From contig OX597830.1 of NCBI GenBank assembly GCA_951406725.2, positions 57,908,001-57,972,000 on the forward strand: DNA of 64,000 nt. The letters run 5' to 3'. Source of the DNA: Octopus vulgaris. Lineage: Eukaryota. The translations under genes were made by a program, and so were the position numbers. Shown here in pieces: positions 26,452 to 38,968 of the stretch. Under the pieces are notes generated by a model that had not been told where the DNA came from, did not search any database, and saw nothing but the letters and a program-made list of their open reading frames with translations. Position 1 is the first letter of the stretch; each line of letters opens with the position of its first letter.

Positions 26452-27769
26452 GTTCAGGGTCAGCTGCTGATGTTTAACTCCAAGTTAAGTTGACCAATGA
26501 CTAAATATGGTGTGGCGACGACCATCTTAACTCTTCATTTAGTCAACACACACAAAGCTTGGATGCTTTTAGAAGTATCCACTCTACTGCCAGCACAATG
26601 GAACCTTGGTTTATGAATCTGAATCATTCCTGAAGGCTGTTCATCAGCCAAATTGTTTGTAAACCGAAACTACTTTCCCTAAAGGAAATTCAAAAGAAGG
26701 CACACAGCAAATTCAAGCTGGGATGTGCACTGAATCAAAAATAGACACCACCTGGCGTTCTCCTGCTAATGCTCCTAGCTTGATGCCAACCATCAACAAT
26801 GGTTGGCATGTTCATTAATTGAGACACCATTCATCACCAGAGATATTTTGTGTTCAAAGAATTGTTCTGTAAACCAGTTTGTTTGTGATGAGAGGGATTC
26901 ATAGACGAAAGGTTCCACTGTATTTGAACCAGGTCTACAGTCTGAGAATAACTTCTTTCCAGAGGCCCTGGAACAATTTATTGTCCCTCTCCAATTCCTT
27001 CTCTGGTTATCTTTTTATCTTTGACTTGTTTCAGTTATTGAGCTGTGGCCAAGCTGGAGCACCACCTTGAAAGATTTAGTTGAACAAATCAATCCCAGCA
27101 CTTGTTTTCCTTAAAATTGGTACTTATTCTATTGGGCTCCTTTTCTTGAAATGCTAATCATTTATGATGTTTATTTATATATATTATTATATTTTTAAAC
27201 ATCGGACTTTATATCTGTTCTGTAGATATAAATGAATATATGAATATAGGTATGTATTTGAGCTTTCTGTGTGGATTTTAGTAATGTTCCTTTAGTTACT
27301 GTTCACATTGCCTCCGCTCAGATTAAGAAGTGGAATATAGCTCATTTGCAGCACTACAACTCCAGTCTGTTTTATATTTGTAGTATTGTTATTACTAGCG
27401 ATCTCAAGATATAATTGTGTATATTGTATTATATATATATGTATATATCCATCCATCCACCCAAGAGTCATGGAATGGAGTAGATAAGGTCTGGGCTATA
27501 TATGTTTCATAGTGAGCGGAATCTCAGAAGGTGAGGTGTATACTGTGAGCTACTCTTCAAGCTGAAGATAGTCACAGACCCAGCAACTCTGATCACCTAG
27601 TGTGAAATATAAAAAGAACTTTTTTCAATTTACCGTACTTTGATATGAAAAAATCCACAACCTTCCGTCTCAATAAACCATTATTGTCCCTGAAAGTTGT
27701 GGTTTTTTTATATTTATTACGAATTGCCTGAAGCTAATTTTCTTCCTACACCTCAATCCCAGGGTCTTA

Positions 27770-28310
27770 CATCATCATCATTATCATCATTGTCGTTTAA
27801 CATCTGCTTTCCATGCTGGCATGGGTTAGACAGTTTGACTGAGGACTGGCAAGCCAGAAGTCTGCACGAGGCTCCAATCTGATCTGGCAAAGTTTCTACA
27901 GCTGGATGCCCTTCCTAATGCCAACCACTCCAAGAGTGTAGTGGGTGCTTTTTATGTGCCACCGGTGCAAGGGCCAATCAGGCAGTATTGGCTTTGACCA
28001 CACTTGAATGGTGCTTTTTATGTGCCACCGGCATGGGATTCAGTCAGGCAGCACACTATATATAAATATATGTGTATATATGTATATAGATATCAGTATT
28101 ACATTATAGTGACATTCATATGTGTCTCATGAAAAGCACTCTACACTTTGCAGAGAGGTTGGTCTTTGGAAGGGCATCGAGGTGTAGGAAGGGCATCCAG
28201 GTGTAGGAACCAAGTCAAAACAAACAATGGAGTCTCGTGCAGCATTACAAGCTCCAGTCAAACTGTCCAACCCATGCCAGCATGGAAAAGGAACGTCAAA
28301 TGATGATGGT
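27770..28310. mobile_element. Two RTE 3' UTR fragments in opposite orientation
   Basis: 27770-28050 is minus and starts with (CAT)n. 28135-28310 is plus and ends with (GAT)n. Confidence 0.8.
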
Positions 28311-28569
28311 GGTGATATATGTATATATGATGGGATTTTTTCAGCTCCTGTCTATCAAAACCACTCACAAGGCTTTGGTGGGATTGAGACTTCAGTAAAA
28401 GACACTTGCCGAAGGTGCCATGCAGTGGGACTGAACCTAGGACCATGTGGTTGGGAAAAAACTTCTTACCACATGTTTTATTTTGAAATGCATTAGTAAA
28501 GTTTCATTTAACATGTCTCCAATTAATTGTACATTTTAATTATAATTGTGTCTTTTTTACCAGTTTCAA

Positions 28570-28770
28570 TATTCTTTTCTACCCTAGGCTCAAGGCCTGA
28601 AATTTTTGGGGGAGGGGGCCAGTCAATTAGATTGACCCCAGTACGCAACTGGTACTTCATTTATCGACCCTGAAAGGATGAAAATCAAAGTCAACCTCGG
28701 CAGAATTTGAACTCAGAATGTAAAGGCAGATAAAAAACTGGTAAGCATTTCACCCAGCTCGCTGCCTTTT
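28570..28770 (-). mobile_element. Meta-type tRNA SINE with TSD-like flanks
   Basis: Reverse-complemented core (CTGGTACTT..TTTATCGACCCTGAAAGGATGAAA). The sequence TTTTACCAGTTTCAATATT occurs on both sides. Confidence 0.8.
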
Positions 28771-29892
28771 ACCAGTTTCAATATTAAATAGTTAAATTCT
28801 ATTTATTCATATAGAATTCCCCCACCCCACCACCATCTTCTATACCTTTTGTCAATTCGTTAGTAGTAGTATGGGGCCATGCGCAGTAACAGCATGTCCC
28901 TGCTTCCACCATTTGGCAGACGATGCCTTTGCACCATTCAGGTAACAATCTGCCAAGCCCATGGATCTGTTTGATGAGTTTTTACTAGTGAGGGTTTTGT
29001 GAGGTCGGAATGCAAATCCTGCCTCAGACTCTTTTAGTCACTTTTTATGACATGTAGAGGAAACTTAGGGTCTGTTCTTTGATACACCAATCCCCACACA
29101 ACACTAGAGCAACATGAAAGGAAGGGTTTTGACGGCACCCAATTAAGGAACCGAACCGATGATCTAACGATTGTGAGCACTACACCCTAATCATTAGGCC
29201 AAGCAGCCAATTTATTGTTGAGGTCTAACTTTTATTGTTCAATTCCAAATTATTTTAATCTATATTTTCTTTTACGTACCCCATTTAACATTTAGTAATT
29301 ATTCGTGATACATTTTCATTTGATAGTTACTCTCCATTTCCAAACAGTATTGACTAACTGCACCACATCAACATACTTTGGAGCCAGCTCAACTCTTTTG
29401 CTCGTGTTGCCTCTCCAACAGCTCAGATATCATTGGTTCTTTATTGGCAGCTGTTCTACTTCCTGAATTTTTGCAGAGAAAGAGAGAGAGAGAGAGATTT
29501 TGTTGTCAACTGACAAGCTGTTCTCTAAATAACTCCTATTCTGTGCCCTGTCTCATGTTTTCATATAAGCCACTCCAGCACTAACTGGGTCACCTAGATG
29601 TTAGAATTGTGTGTGTGCGTGTGTGTGGTGTGTGTGTGTGTGTGTAATTGTTGATATTCAAGTGTTTTTAATTGTATCTTTGTTATATAAGAAGAAATAA
29701 TGAAAGTACATTTGAGGTGGGCCATGAAATGCAGCAAGGGCTGCAGGTTTTAAAAATTGCGTCATTGCACAACACATTAGCCAATGTCTTCTACAATTAC
29801 CTTGAGCTGACCAATACCTTATGAATGGGGTTTGGTTTGCAGGAACTGTACTGAAACCTGTTGTCTTGCACAAACATATACAATGTTGGTGA

Positions 29893-30270
29893 AGGTGTGG
29901 CTGTGTGGTAAGAAGTTTGCTTCCCAACCACATGGTTGTGGGTTCAGTCCCACTGTGTGACACCTTGAGCCACTATTTTCTAGTATAGCCCTATGCTTAC
30001 CAAAGCCTTGTGAGTGGATTTGGTAGATGGAAACTGAAAGAAGCCTGTCGTAGATAAGTGTGTGTGTGTGGCTTTATGCATGTGCTTGTCCCCCACCATT
30101 GCTTGATAACCAGTGTTGGTTGTTTACATCCCTGTAACTTAGGGGTTCAGCAAAAGAGACAGGCTTCAAAAAAAAAAAACACTAGGGTCGATTCATTCAA
30201 CTGAACCCTTCAGGGAAGTGCCCCAGCATGGCCTCAGTCCAATGATGGAAACAAGTAAAAAGGATAAAAA
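29893..30270 (+). mobile_element. CORE-type tRNA SINE, long form
   Basis: GTGGCTGTGTGGTAAGAAG head, GGTTCAGTCCC B box, an internal (TG)n and the tail CCCCAGCATGGCC.CAGTC.AATGA..GAAACAAGTAAAA. Confidence 0.8.
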
Positions 30271-30294
30271 GAGAAAAAAATAAAAGATAAAGAC

Positions 30295-30565
30295 ACAAAT
30301 GTACACTAACATACACACACACTCATACACACACATGCACATGCACACATACACACATGCACCTACATGCATACACACACATGTACATGCACACAATGCA
30401 CACACACGCATGCACCCACCCACCCACACACATGCACATAAGCATCCACACACGCACACACATGCACACCCACATACATACACACATGCACATGCAACAC
30501 ACACACATGCTCACACGCATGCACACACATGCAGAGATATATACATGCACACACGCACACATATG
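30295..30565. repeat. Degenerate (CA)n/(CATG)n microsatellite
   Basis: Directly visible; it explains the His/Thr and Val/Cys ORFs in this interval. Confidence 0.95.
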
Positions 30566-30979
30566 AGGAGGTGTTTGTATCTTTTGTTGCTGTAAATTAA
30601 AGAAAGACGGAAAGATCACTGAGAAAACTGGAAAAACCCTGATGTCATTGCGATGGGATGGCCATTTTGGGTTGGAAGTAGACAGGAAAGCTGCCCTTGA
30701 AAGGACAACATACAGCAGCAACATACACTGCTGGAAACCACAACACAAATACAAACAGGCATATTAATGTAAATGTGTGTGTGTGTGTGTGTGTACAAAA
30801 AAATGTACATATACATACATATAAAAAAAGTTTGTCTAACACAGAATAGAATTGATATCAGGAATTAAAAGGTTTGAATACAAGTTTTGCAAGTCCAACA
30901 GCTATTCCTGCTGGTTTGGTGGTTAATTGGGTCCATCGTCTGGTGTCTAAATTGTTTGCCCTTACATTTACTCTCTCTC

Positions 30980-31019
<40 letters not shown>

Positions 31020-31028
<9 letters not shown>

Positions 31029-31465
31029 GCACCATTTGAGCACGATCGTTGCTAGCGTTGCCTGCTGGTGGCATGTAAAAATCACCATTTGAGTGTGGTC
31101 ATTGCCAGTGCCGCCTGACTGGCTCCTGTGCTGGGGGCATGTACAAAATAACATTCAAATGTGGTTGTTGCCAGTGCCACCTGACTGGCTCTTGTGCCGG
31201 TGGCATGTAAAAAATTCCATTCAGGTGTGGTTGTTGCCAGTGCCGCCTGACTGACCTTCATGCCAGTGGCATGTAAAGAGCACCCACTACACTCTTGGTG
31301 TGGTTGGTGTTAGCAAGGGCATCCATCTGTAGGAACCTTGCCAGATCAGATTGGAGCCTGGTGCAGCATTCTGGCTTACCAGACCTCAGTCAAACCGTCC
31401 AACCCATGCCAGCATGGAAAGTGGACATTAAACGACGACAACAATGATGATGATGATGATGATGA
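31020..31465 (+). mobile_element. RTE 3' UTR fragment with about four hairpin repeat units
   Basis: GGTGGCATGTAAAA-type units near 31067, 31134, 31199 and 31266, followed by the family terminus and (GAT)n. Confidence 0.85.
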
Positions 31466-31493
31466 TATATGTACACACACACACATACACACA

Positions 31494-31542
<49 letters not shown>

Positions 31543-31544
<2 letters not shown>

Positions 31545-31890
31545 GTGTAGGAGTAGCTGTGTGGTAAGAAGCTTGCTTCCCAACCACATGGTTCCAGGTT
31601 CAGTCCCATTGCATGGCACCTTGGGCAAGTGTCTTCTACTATAGCCTTGGGCCAACCAAAGCCTTGTGAGTGGATTTGGTAGGTGGAAACTGAAAGAAGC
31701 CTGTCGTATATATATATTTATATATATATATATTTATGTGTGTATGTCTTTGTTCCAGCTCCATCACTTGACAAACAATGTTGGTGTGTTCATCTTCCTG
31801 AAACTTAGCAGTTCAGCAAAAGAGACCAATAGAATAAGTACTAGACTTACAAAGAATAAATCCTGGGGTTGATTTGTTTGACTAAAGGTG
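31543..31890 (+). mobile_element. CORE-type tRNA SINE
   Basis: Head, GGTTCAGTCCC and CACCTTGGGCAAGTGTCTTCTACTATAGCC. Further copies lie at about 28330-28475 (-), 34823-34970 (+), 41823-41975 (-), 61486-61870 (-) and 62680-62975 (+). Confidence 0.85.
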
Positions 31891-32059
31891 TGTGTTGGGT
31901 GTTTTACTTTACCAAGACTTTACCAAATGCTCAAAAACCCTCTTTAGTATTAAGTTCTTTAATATTGCATTTGGAACAAAGCAGAAATTTTCTAAAAGGG
32001 ACAAAAATTACATTCCTGTTGAAATCTATAGACATTTGATTACATTTTTGGAAAAGTCT

Positions 32060-34260
32060 CTCCTTAAAGACTATTTTCCTAGCTTTGAACAATGGTTGGT
32101 CATGCTTGTACTACACACAGAGAAGGATGTTCCAGGCAGGGTCTGCTAATAATAATGGTCTCTGGGAAGCTACAACGGAAGAAGCAGTTGTTTCCCAGTC
32201 ACTTTTTAAGGCAGTGAAACAGCCATGCAGTTCTATAGAAAAACATATGAACTGCCATTCCATAATGATCCTTGGTTAAAATTTAGAGAATATGAATTTG
32301 AAGAATTTAAACAAAATGTGCAGCAACATAATCCTAAAGTTGCCATGCATTTCAGTGATGCAGTCTTCTGTTCAGCTCTCATTATCATCATCATCATCAT
32401 CATGATTGCTTTACATTTGCCTTCCACGCTGGCATGGATGGGATGGTTTGACAGGAGCCAGCCAGGTAGAAGCCTGCGCTTGACTTCTGTGACTGTTTTT
32501 GGCAGAGTCTTCATGGCTTGATGTTCTTCCTAACACCAACCACCTCGTAGAGTGAAGTGAGTGCTTTTTACATGATAGCAGCAAAGGCAAAGTCAGTTTT
32601 GGCATTTTTTTTACAGCTGGATGCCCTTCCATATGCCAACCACTTTACAGTGTGGACTGGGTGCTTATTAAGTGGCACCTGCACTGGCAGGGTCACCAAG
32701 TACCTCGCAAGAAAAAAATCTTTTAAGAGGGGAGGGGCATTGAACGAAGAGATCTTGTGTTGGATGATGAAAGGTTATAGTGAGACAGAGAGACAGAAAC
32801 TGGTGTCTTGCTATAGAGGAAGTACAAGGTTACCTGGTGAGAGAGAGAGAGATCAGGAATGAAGACAGAAACAGGTGTGCTTCCGCAAAGGGAAGGACAA
32901 AGTTGGGAAATAAATACAGTTTGTCTTAGAATAACTGGTCTCAATGGAACTAACAAATGAGGTTCAAATGTCAAATCCGTTAAAAGCTGTTAATTCTCTT
33001 TCTCAGTTTATGGCTAAAAATGAGTTGCAGCTATTTAACAATTAAAATAGCCTTCAACACAATTGTCGTATCCAGAACAAAAAAAGTGAAACATTCTTTC
33101 TTCATACACTTAGAGGAACAAGAAAAACATTTTTGATAAACCTGCCATTGACAGGAACAATGAACCATGGTAAAGTTGCCATTGCAGATGCATCTTCAGG
33201 TATCTTCAGATGCATCTTCAGGTATCGCTACAATTCTGTTGCCTGCAGGTAAAATAGCTCACAGTTCATTCAACTTCTTTATTCAACCTTACCATTGATG
33301 GCACCACAAGTGGTAAAATTTACAACCAGCAAGGACAACAGATGCTAAATAATGATCACAATTTGAGATTGGGTGCATTATGTCCAATAAAGTTACTTTT
33401 GAGGCTTCGGATAAAATTCTTAGGAGTATCAGAAGAACAAGTATAATATTAGTTTGATTGCTGGGGATTTTCATCAGACACTTCTGGGAAGGGGACACTT
33501 CTGGGAAGGGGACAAGAGCTGATTAAATCAGAAGCTGCTTGAAATCCCTACATTTGTAGAGACACACTAATAACTTGAAACTGGAAATAAATATAAGAGC
33601 TTGTCTAGGCACAAGGCCCAACATTTGGGGGGAGGGTGCCAGTTGATTAGATCGACCCCAGTATGCAACTGGTACTTAATTTATCGACCCCGAAAGGATG
33701 AAAGGCAAAATTGACCTCGATGGAATACAAAGCAACAATATTCTTTTCTACTCTAGCCACAAGACCCAAAATTTGGGGAGGGTGCCAGTCGATTAGATTG
33801 ATCTCAGTACGTGACTGGTACTTAATTTATTGACCCGAAAGGATGAAAAGCAAAGTCGATCTCAGCGGAATTTGAACTTAGAAGGTAAAGATGAGCGAAA
33901 TACTGCTAAGCATTTCACCTGGTGTGCTAACGTTTCTGCCAGCTTGCCACCTTACATATAAGAGCTTATCTTAACAAAGGTTAACACTCAGCTGATCTTG
34001 CTACCAGATGTTTTGAACTTGGCGAAGGGATATTGGGTCTGACTTAAAATAGGGTTATATCTATTGCTAACAAAAATGTATTGATATTATTGGTTGATGA
34101 ACTAAAAGCCTTTTCCAACATTCAGTGCAACTTCAACAATCAGAATTGACTCTCTAAAAGAACAATACCTGCCTCAGCCAATAAAGGTTATTAACATAAT
34201 GAACAAATTATTCAATAATCATATGAAGGTGAATTTATCAACAAATCTGTAGGTACTGTT
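32060..34260 (+). pseudogene. Helitron RepHel (PIF1-like helicase) remnant, heavily decayed
   Basis: Collinear frameshifted motifs: REGCSRQGLL..LWEATTEEAVVSQS; KFRE..NP..FSDAVF.SALI; a decayed GGTGKTFLINL; GKVAIADASSGI..LLPAGKIAHS; CIMSNKVTFEASDKILR; AGDFHQTL; CLKS; NFNNQNxLSKRTI. Interrupted by an RTE 3' fragment (about 32383-32890) and by SINEs. Confidence 0.8.
33603..33955 (-). mobile_element. Meta-type SINE with duplicated 3' half and 12-bp TSD
   Basis: ATATAAGAGCTT at 33591-33602 and 33956-33967; the core is present twice. Confidence 0.85.
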
Positions 34261-34652
34261 TTAGACCTTTGAGAATCTGACAGCTACTTCTAGCAAGTTA
34301 AGTTACCATGAAGAGGTTCCCTTGTTTTCTTGTCTGAAACAAGTACATTTAGCAAATAGGGTCTTAGAATGGATCTTCATATCCAAAGAAGCGATTTCTT
34401 AAAAGACATTTTCTTTTTAAATCTTGCTTATTTTCTTTATAACAAAAACATTTGGGTTTCAATTGAAGGAAATTTTTGATTACGCTGGTCCACAATGTTA
34501 CACTTGTGAAATTTCCTGTTAAGGATTGGGTTGTTTTCCAATATTCTGCAATGACATAAACAAGCTGATGAACTACGTCCAGGAAATAAACCATCACACT
34601 GTATTTCTGTATTATCTTACAGCCTGGCTCCACTCCTGTCTGTGCAAGCATG

Positions 34653-34690
<38 letters not shown>

Positions 34691-34971
34691 TAAGCCCATA
34701 TGTGCAAGAATTGTCAATGATAAACAACACATAGGTATGTTAGATAGAAGTGAATCTATGGACAATAACACAAATGTGTTTCAACCAAGATATAATTGCA
34801 TTTATTTATTTATTTTTTTTATAGCATGACTGTGTAATAAGAAGTTTGCTTCTGAACAACATGGTTCTGAGTTCAGTCCCACTGAGTGGCAAGTGTTTTC
34901 TACCCTTGGGCTCACAAAATTCTTGACACTGGATTTGATTTGGCCGATGGAAACTGAAGGAAGCCTGTCAT

Positions 34972-35022
<51 letters not shown>

Positions 35023-35024
35023 AA

Positions 35025-35375
35025 ACTCGTGGCCGTTTGCCAGCTCTGTCTGGCAACCGTGTCGGTGGCACGTAAAAGCACCATCCGTTCGCGTCCGTTC
35101 CCAGCCTCGGCTGGCCCCCGTGCCGGTGACACGTAAAAGCACCATCCGTTCGTGGCCGTTCGCCAGCTCTGTCTGGCACCTGTGCAGGTGGCACGTAAAA
35201 AACACCCACTACACTCGCGGAGTGGTTGGCGTTAGGAAGGGCATCCAGCCGTAGAAACACTGCCAGATCTGACTGGGCCTGACGAAGCCTTCCAGCTTCA
35301 CAGACCCCAGTTGACCCGTCCAACCCATGCCAGCATGGAAAACGGACGCTAAACGATGATGATGATGATGATGAT
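35025..35375 (+). mobile_element. Young RTE 3' UTR fragment in (TA)n
   Basis: Near-identical to 38640-38889, CpG-rich, with a (GAT)n tail. Confidence 0.9.
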
Positions 35376-35676
35376 GTATATGTGTGTGTGTGCATGTGTG
35401 CATGTAGAAATATATATGTATATATATGTTTGTATGTATGTATGTATACATATATATATATATATATATCAAATATAAATTAAAAACAGAACACAAACTC
35501 TCACCTCTGCCACTATCTGGCATATACAGGTGCGCACACTTATCAAGTATTCACTCTAAATTTACAGTATATATTAGGTTGAGGAAAAGTCTCTAATGAG
35601 TAGTGACTTCAAGCTACAGACATAACACACACACATGCATGCATACACACACACAAACACATACATATGTACATAC

Positions 35677-35726
<50 letters not shown>

Positions 35727-35813
35727 CGGGAAGCTTTATGAAAATAGACAAAAGACAAAGGCAGGTTTACGGAAATAAACAAAAGACGAAGGCAGGTGGA
35801 AAACAAACAAATA

Positions 35814-38800
35814 GAGGGTGCCAACCCTGAGGGTGTGGGAGGCATGGGCTCTAGAGACCCTGGGACGGTGGACAGTAGCTTCGTGTACCTGAAAAGAAAG
35901 CTCGCATTTGGCAGAATTCATGTGCAAGAAATGAAGTAGTAAAGTAGCCTTCAGTACAACCTGCATAACGCTAGCCTTTCATATTTTGCACTGTATGAAC
36001 ATTACCTTACATAGGTCGAGACTAGGGGTAGGGAGGGGTAGGGATGGTGAGAGCATTTGCAGTCTTCATGGGAAGCAACCCCGGAATGGCAGAGAATAAG
36101 AACTTCCGGCATGCGTGTTGTGGGTGGGAGGGCGGGTGCACCGTAGCTGAGTAAAGAGGTTCTGTTAATCGTATGAGCTAGCAAATGGGTTTGTATGAAT
36201 CGGGAGACAACACTAAACGAAAAATTGAAAAATCAGAGTGGCTATGAACCTGTAGACAAGTCTAAACGAAAAAAAAAAAATGTTTGAGCTAGACAGGGTA
36301 ATGAGGGAATACTGAAAGAATGAGGGACAATACAATGAGATGGAAATTGAAGAATAGAGAAAGAATAAGAATAAGTGCAAGAAAGAAGGTAGGCGTAGCG
36401 AGGTTGGACGATTCACTTAACTTTTAGCCATTCATGATCTGTGCGTATTTCTGTCCATCGGGTAGCCCCGACTGAGGAGCATAGGCTGATATAATGGTTG
36501 CTAAACTATGATGAAGCACTAATCTAATCTTAAGTATTCTGTCACATACTCTGATTACCTCAATTACTTTATCTACCCATTTCTCAGCGATAAGTATACC
36601 CACGCCACCAACCCCGTCAGTGTTCCCTGCCCAGAAAATCTTGTACCTGCGTTCCTTGCCTGTGAGGAACCTAGCTGATCCTCCTCTCCACCTTATTTCT
36701 TGCATGCAACATATATCCACACATCTCCGTTCAAGCATCTCAACTATCTCACCAGACCTACCTTTCAGAGGTTGTCCCTTAGAAACGTCCAGCTGTCTTC
36801 TACCCCCTGTGATGCTCTATCCCCTTCTACTTCGTCAGAGGCTTCAAGTAATATGTCCCTAAATCTCTGTCCATTTGCAGGATCTTTAAGCTTCCAGATC
36901 CTTCTTCTCCATATTTGTCGTCTTCTGGTTGTCCTCCTAGTCCTGATCCTAAAGTCACTAACTACCAGTCTATGTTGTGGGGTACATTCTTCACCTGGGA
37001 AGGTTTTGGCATTTATAAGCAGCCATCTCTCCCTTTGCCTTGTAAGGATGTAGTCAATTTGGCTGGTATGTTGGCCCGATTGGTAAGTGACTAGGTGGCT
37101 GGTAGGTTTCCTGAAGTTAGTGTTGCAAATCATAAGATTATTTGCATCGCAGAACTCCAGCAGCCTGGTTCCCTTCTCGTTGCGGGAGCCATAGCCATAG
37201 CCTCCATGTACGCCATGGAAGCCCCCAGCATGTCGTCCAACGTGACCATTGAAGTCACCAGCCACAAAGATAAGGTCTCTGTCGTTCGTCAACAAGGTAG
37301 TCTGCAGTAGAGTGTCATATGCTGATGACCTTGCTCTAATTGCTGAGTCGCTATCAGAACTGGAGGAGAAGTTTCAGGTGTGGAAACAAGGATTAGAATC
37401 GAAGGGCCTCAGAGTCAATCTAGCTAAAACCAAAGTCGTAATCAGTAGGAAGGTAGACAAATCACAAACACCTTCAGGTAGATGGCCCTGCTCGATCTGT
37501 AGAAAAGGTGTAGGTAGAAACTCTATAAGATGCACCAAGTGTAAGCTATGGACACATAAGAGATGCAGCAATGTCAAAGGAAGGCTAACTAGGAAGATGG
37601 TTTTTGTATGTGGCAGATGCTCAGGAACAATAAACACTGAAAATGCTGAGACCAACTTCCGTCACTTTCCAGGGAGAAAAACTAGAAATAGTTGATAGTT
37701 TCCGTTACCTAGGTGACCAAGTCAGCAGCGGGGGCGGGTGTGCTGAAAGTGTAACTGCTAGAGTAAGAATAGCTTGGGCAAAGTTCAGAGAGCTCTTACC
37801 TCTGCTGGTGACAAAAGGCCTCTCGCACAGAGTGAAAGGCAGACTGTATGATGCGTGTGTACGAACAGCCATGCTACATGGCAGTGAAACATGGGCCGTG
37901 ACTGCTGAGGATATGCGTAAGCTCGCTAGAAATGAAGCCAGTATGCTCCGATGGATGTGTAATGCCGGTACTCACACTCGGCAGAGTGTAAGTACCTTGA
38001 GAGAAAAGCTGGACCTAAGAAGCATCAGTTGTGGTGTGCAAGAGAGACGTTTGCGCTGGTATGGTCATGTGGCGAGAATGGATGAAGATAGTTGTGTGAA
38101 AAAGTGCCACACCCTAGCGGTTGAGGGAACCTGTGGAAGAGGCAGACCCAGGAAAACCTGGGACGAGGTGGTGAAGCACGACCTTCGAACTTTAGGTCTC
38201 ACTGAGGAAATGACTAGAGACCGAGACCTCTGGAAGTGTGCTGTGCGCGAGAAGACCCGGCAGGACAAGTGAGTCCATAACCCGTGGCCTTCTACATGGG
38301 ATGGAGCCGGCCTACGTGTGCATACCTTCCCTTCTTGGGACACAAAACTCTACTTGTGAAGACGTGTTGAGGCAAGTGAGGATCAGAATCGAAATCGATC
38401 AATGGAAATTGCAGATGTGCTACCAGTGCTGGTGGCATGTCAAAACTCTGCTTGTGAAGACCCGTTGAGGCAAGTGAGGATCAGAATCGAAATCGATCAA
38501 TGGAAATCGATCAATGGAAATTGCAGATGTGTTACCAGTGCCGGTGGCATGTAAGAGAACTTTCCGTTTCGCGACCGTTGCCAGCACCGCCCCGTTTCGT
38601 GTCCGTTGCCAGCCTCGCCTGGCCCTCGTGCCGGTGGCACATAAAAAGCACCATCCGTTCGTGGCCGTTTGCCAGCTCTGTCTGGCACCAGTGCGGGTGG
38701 CACGTAAAAAGCACCCACTACACTCACGGAGTGGTTGGCGTTAGGAAGGGCATCCAGCCGTAGAAACACTGCCAGATTTGACTGGGCCTGATGAAGCCTT

Positions 38801-38889
38801 CTGGCTTCACAGACCCCAGTAGAACCGTCCAACCCATGCTAGCATGGAAAACGGACGCTAAACGATGATGATGATGATGATGATGATGA
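35814..38889. mobile_element. RTE LINE with three serially inverted 5' segments and a sense 3' part
   Basis: Minus strand: 5' UTR to HTLRVGTL (36447-35814), LKGRSGE..PDGQK (about 36767-36448) and YDTLLQ..GDFNGH..RDNL (37319-36765). Plus strand: YADD to the stop at 38272, 3' UTR and (GAT)n to 38889. Confidence 0.9.
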
Positions 38890-38930
38890 ATTGTATTAGT
38901 ATGGCGCTGAGGAAATATAAATGAAACAAG

Positions 38931-38968
38931 TCTTTAACGTTTCGAGCCTACGCTCTTCAACAGAAAGA
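38931..38968 (-). ncRNA. Minimal type I hammerhead ribozyme-like motif (variant core) in the PLE terminal repeat
   Basis: TCTTT-CTGTTGA-A-GAGC(GTAG)GCTC-GAAA-CGTT-AAAGA: perfect stems I and II and a palindromic AACGTT stem III. Confidence 0.7.

Noticed and set aside
30193-30754. Cys/Val- and His/Thr-rich ORFs (also at 11451-11852, 31376-31655 and 56271-56594)
   Set aside because: They are translations of microsatellites.
31020-31290. CRISPR-like array of palindromic repeats with spacers
   Set aside because: The units are degenerate, the spacers resemble each other, there are no cas genes, and the array is part of the RTE 3' UTR in a eukaryotic genome.
32225-32521. Possible host exon (MQFYRKTYELPFHNDPWLKFRE...)
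   Set aside because: It fits the collinear Helitron RepHel remnant and runs into a (CAT)n RTE tail.
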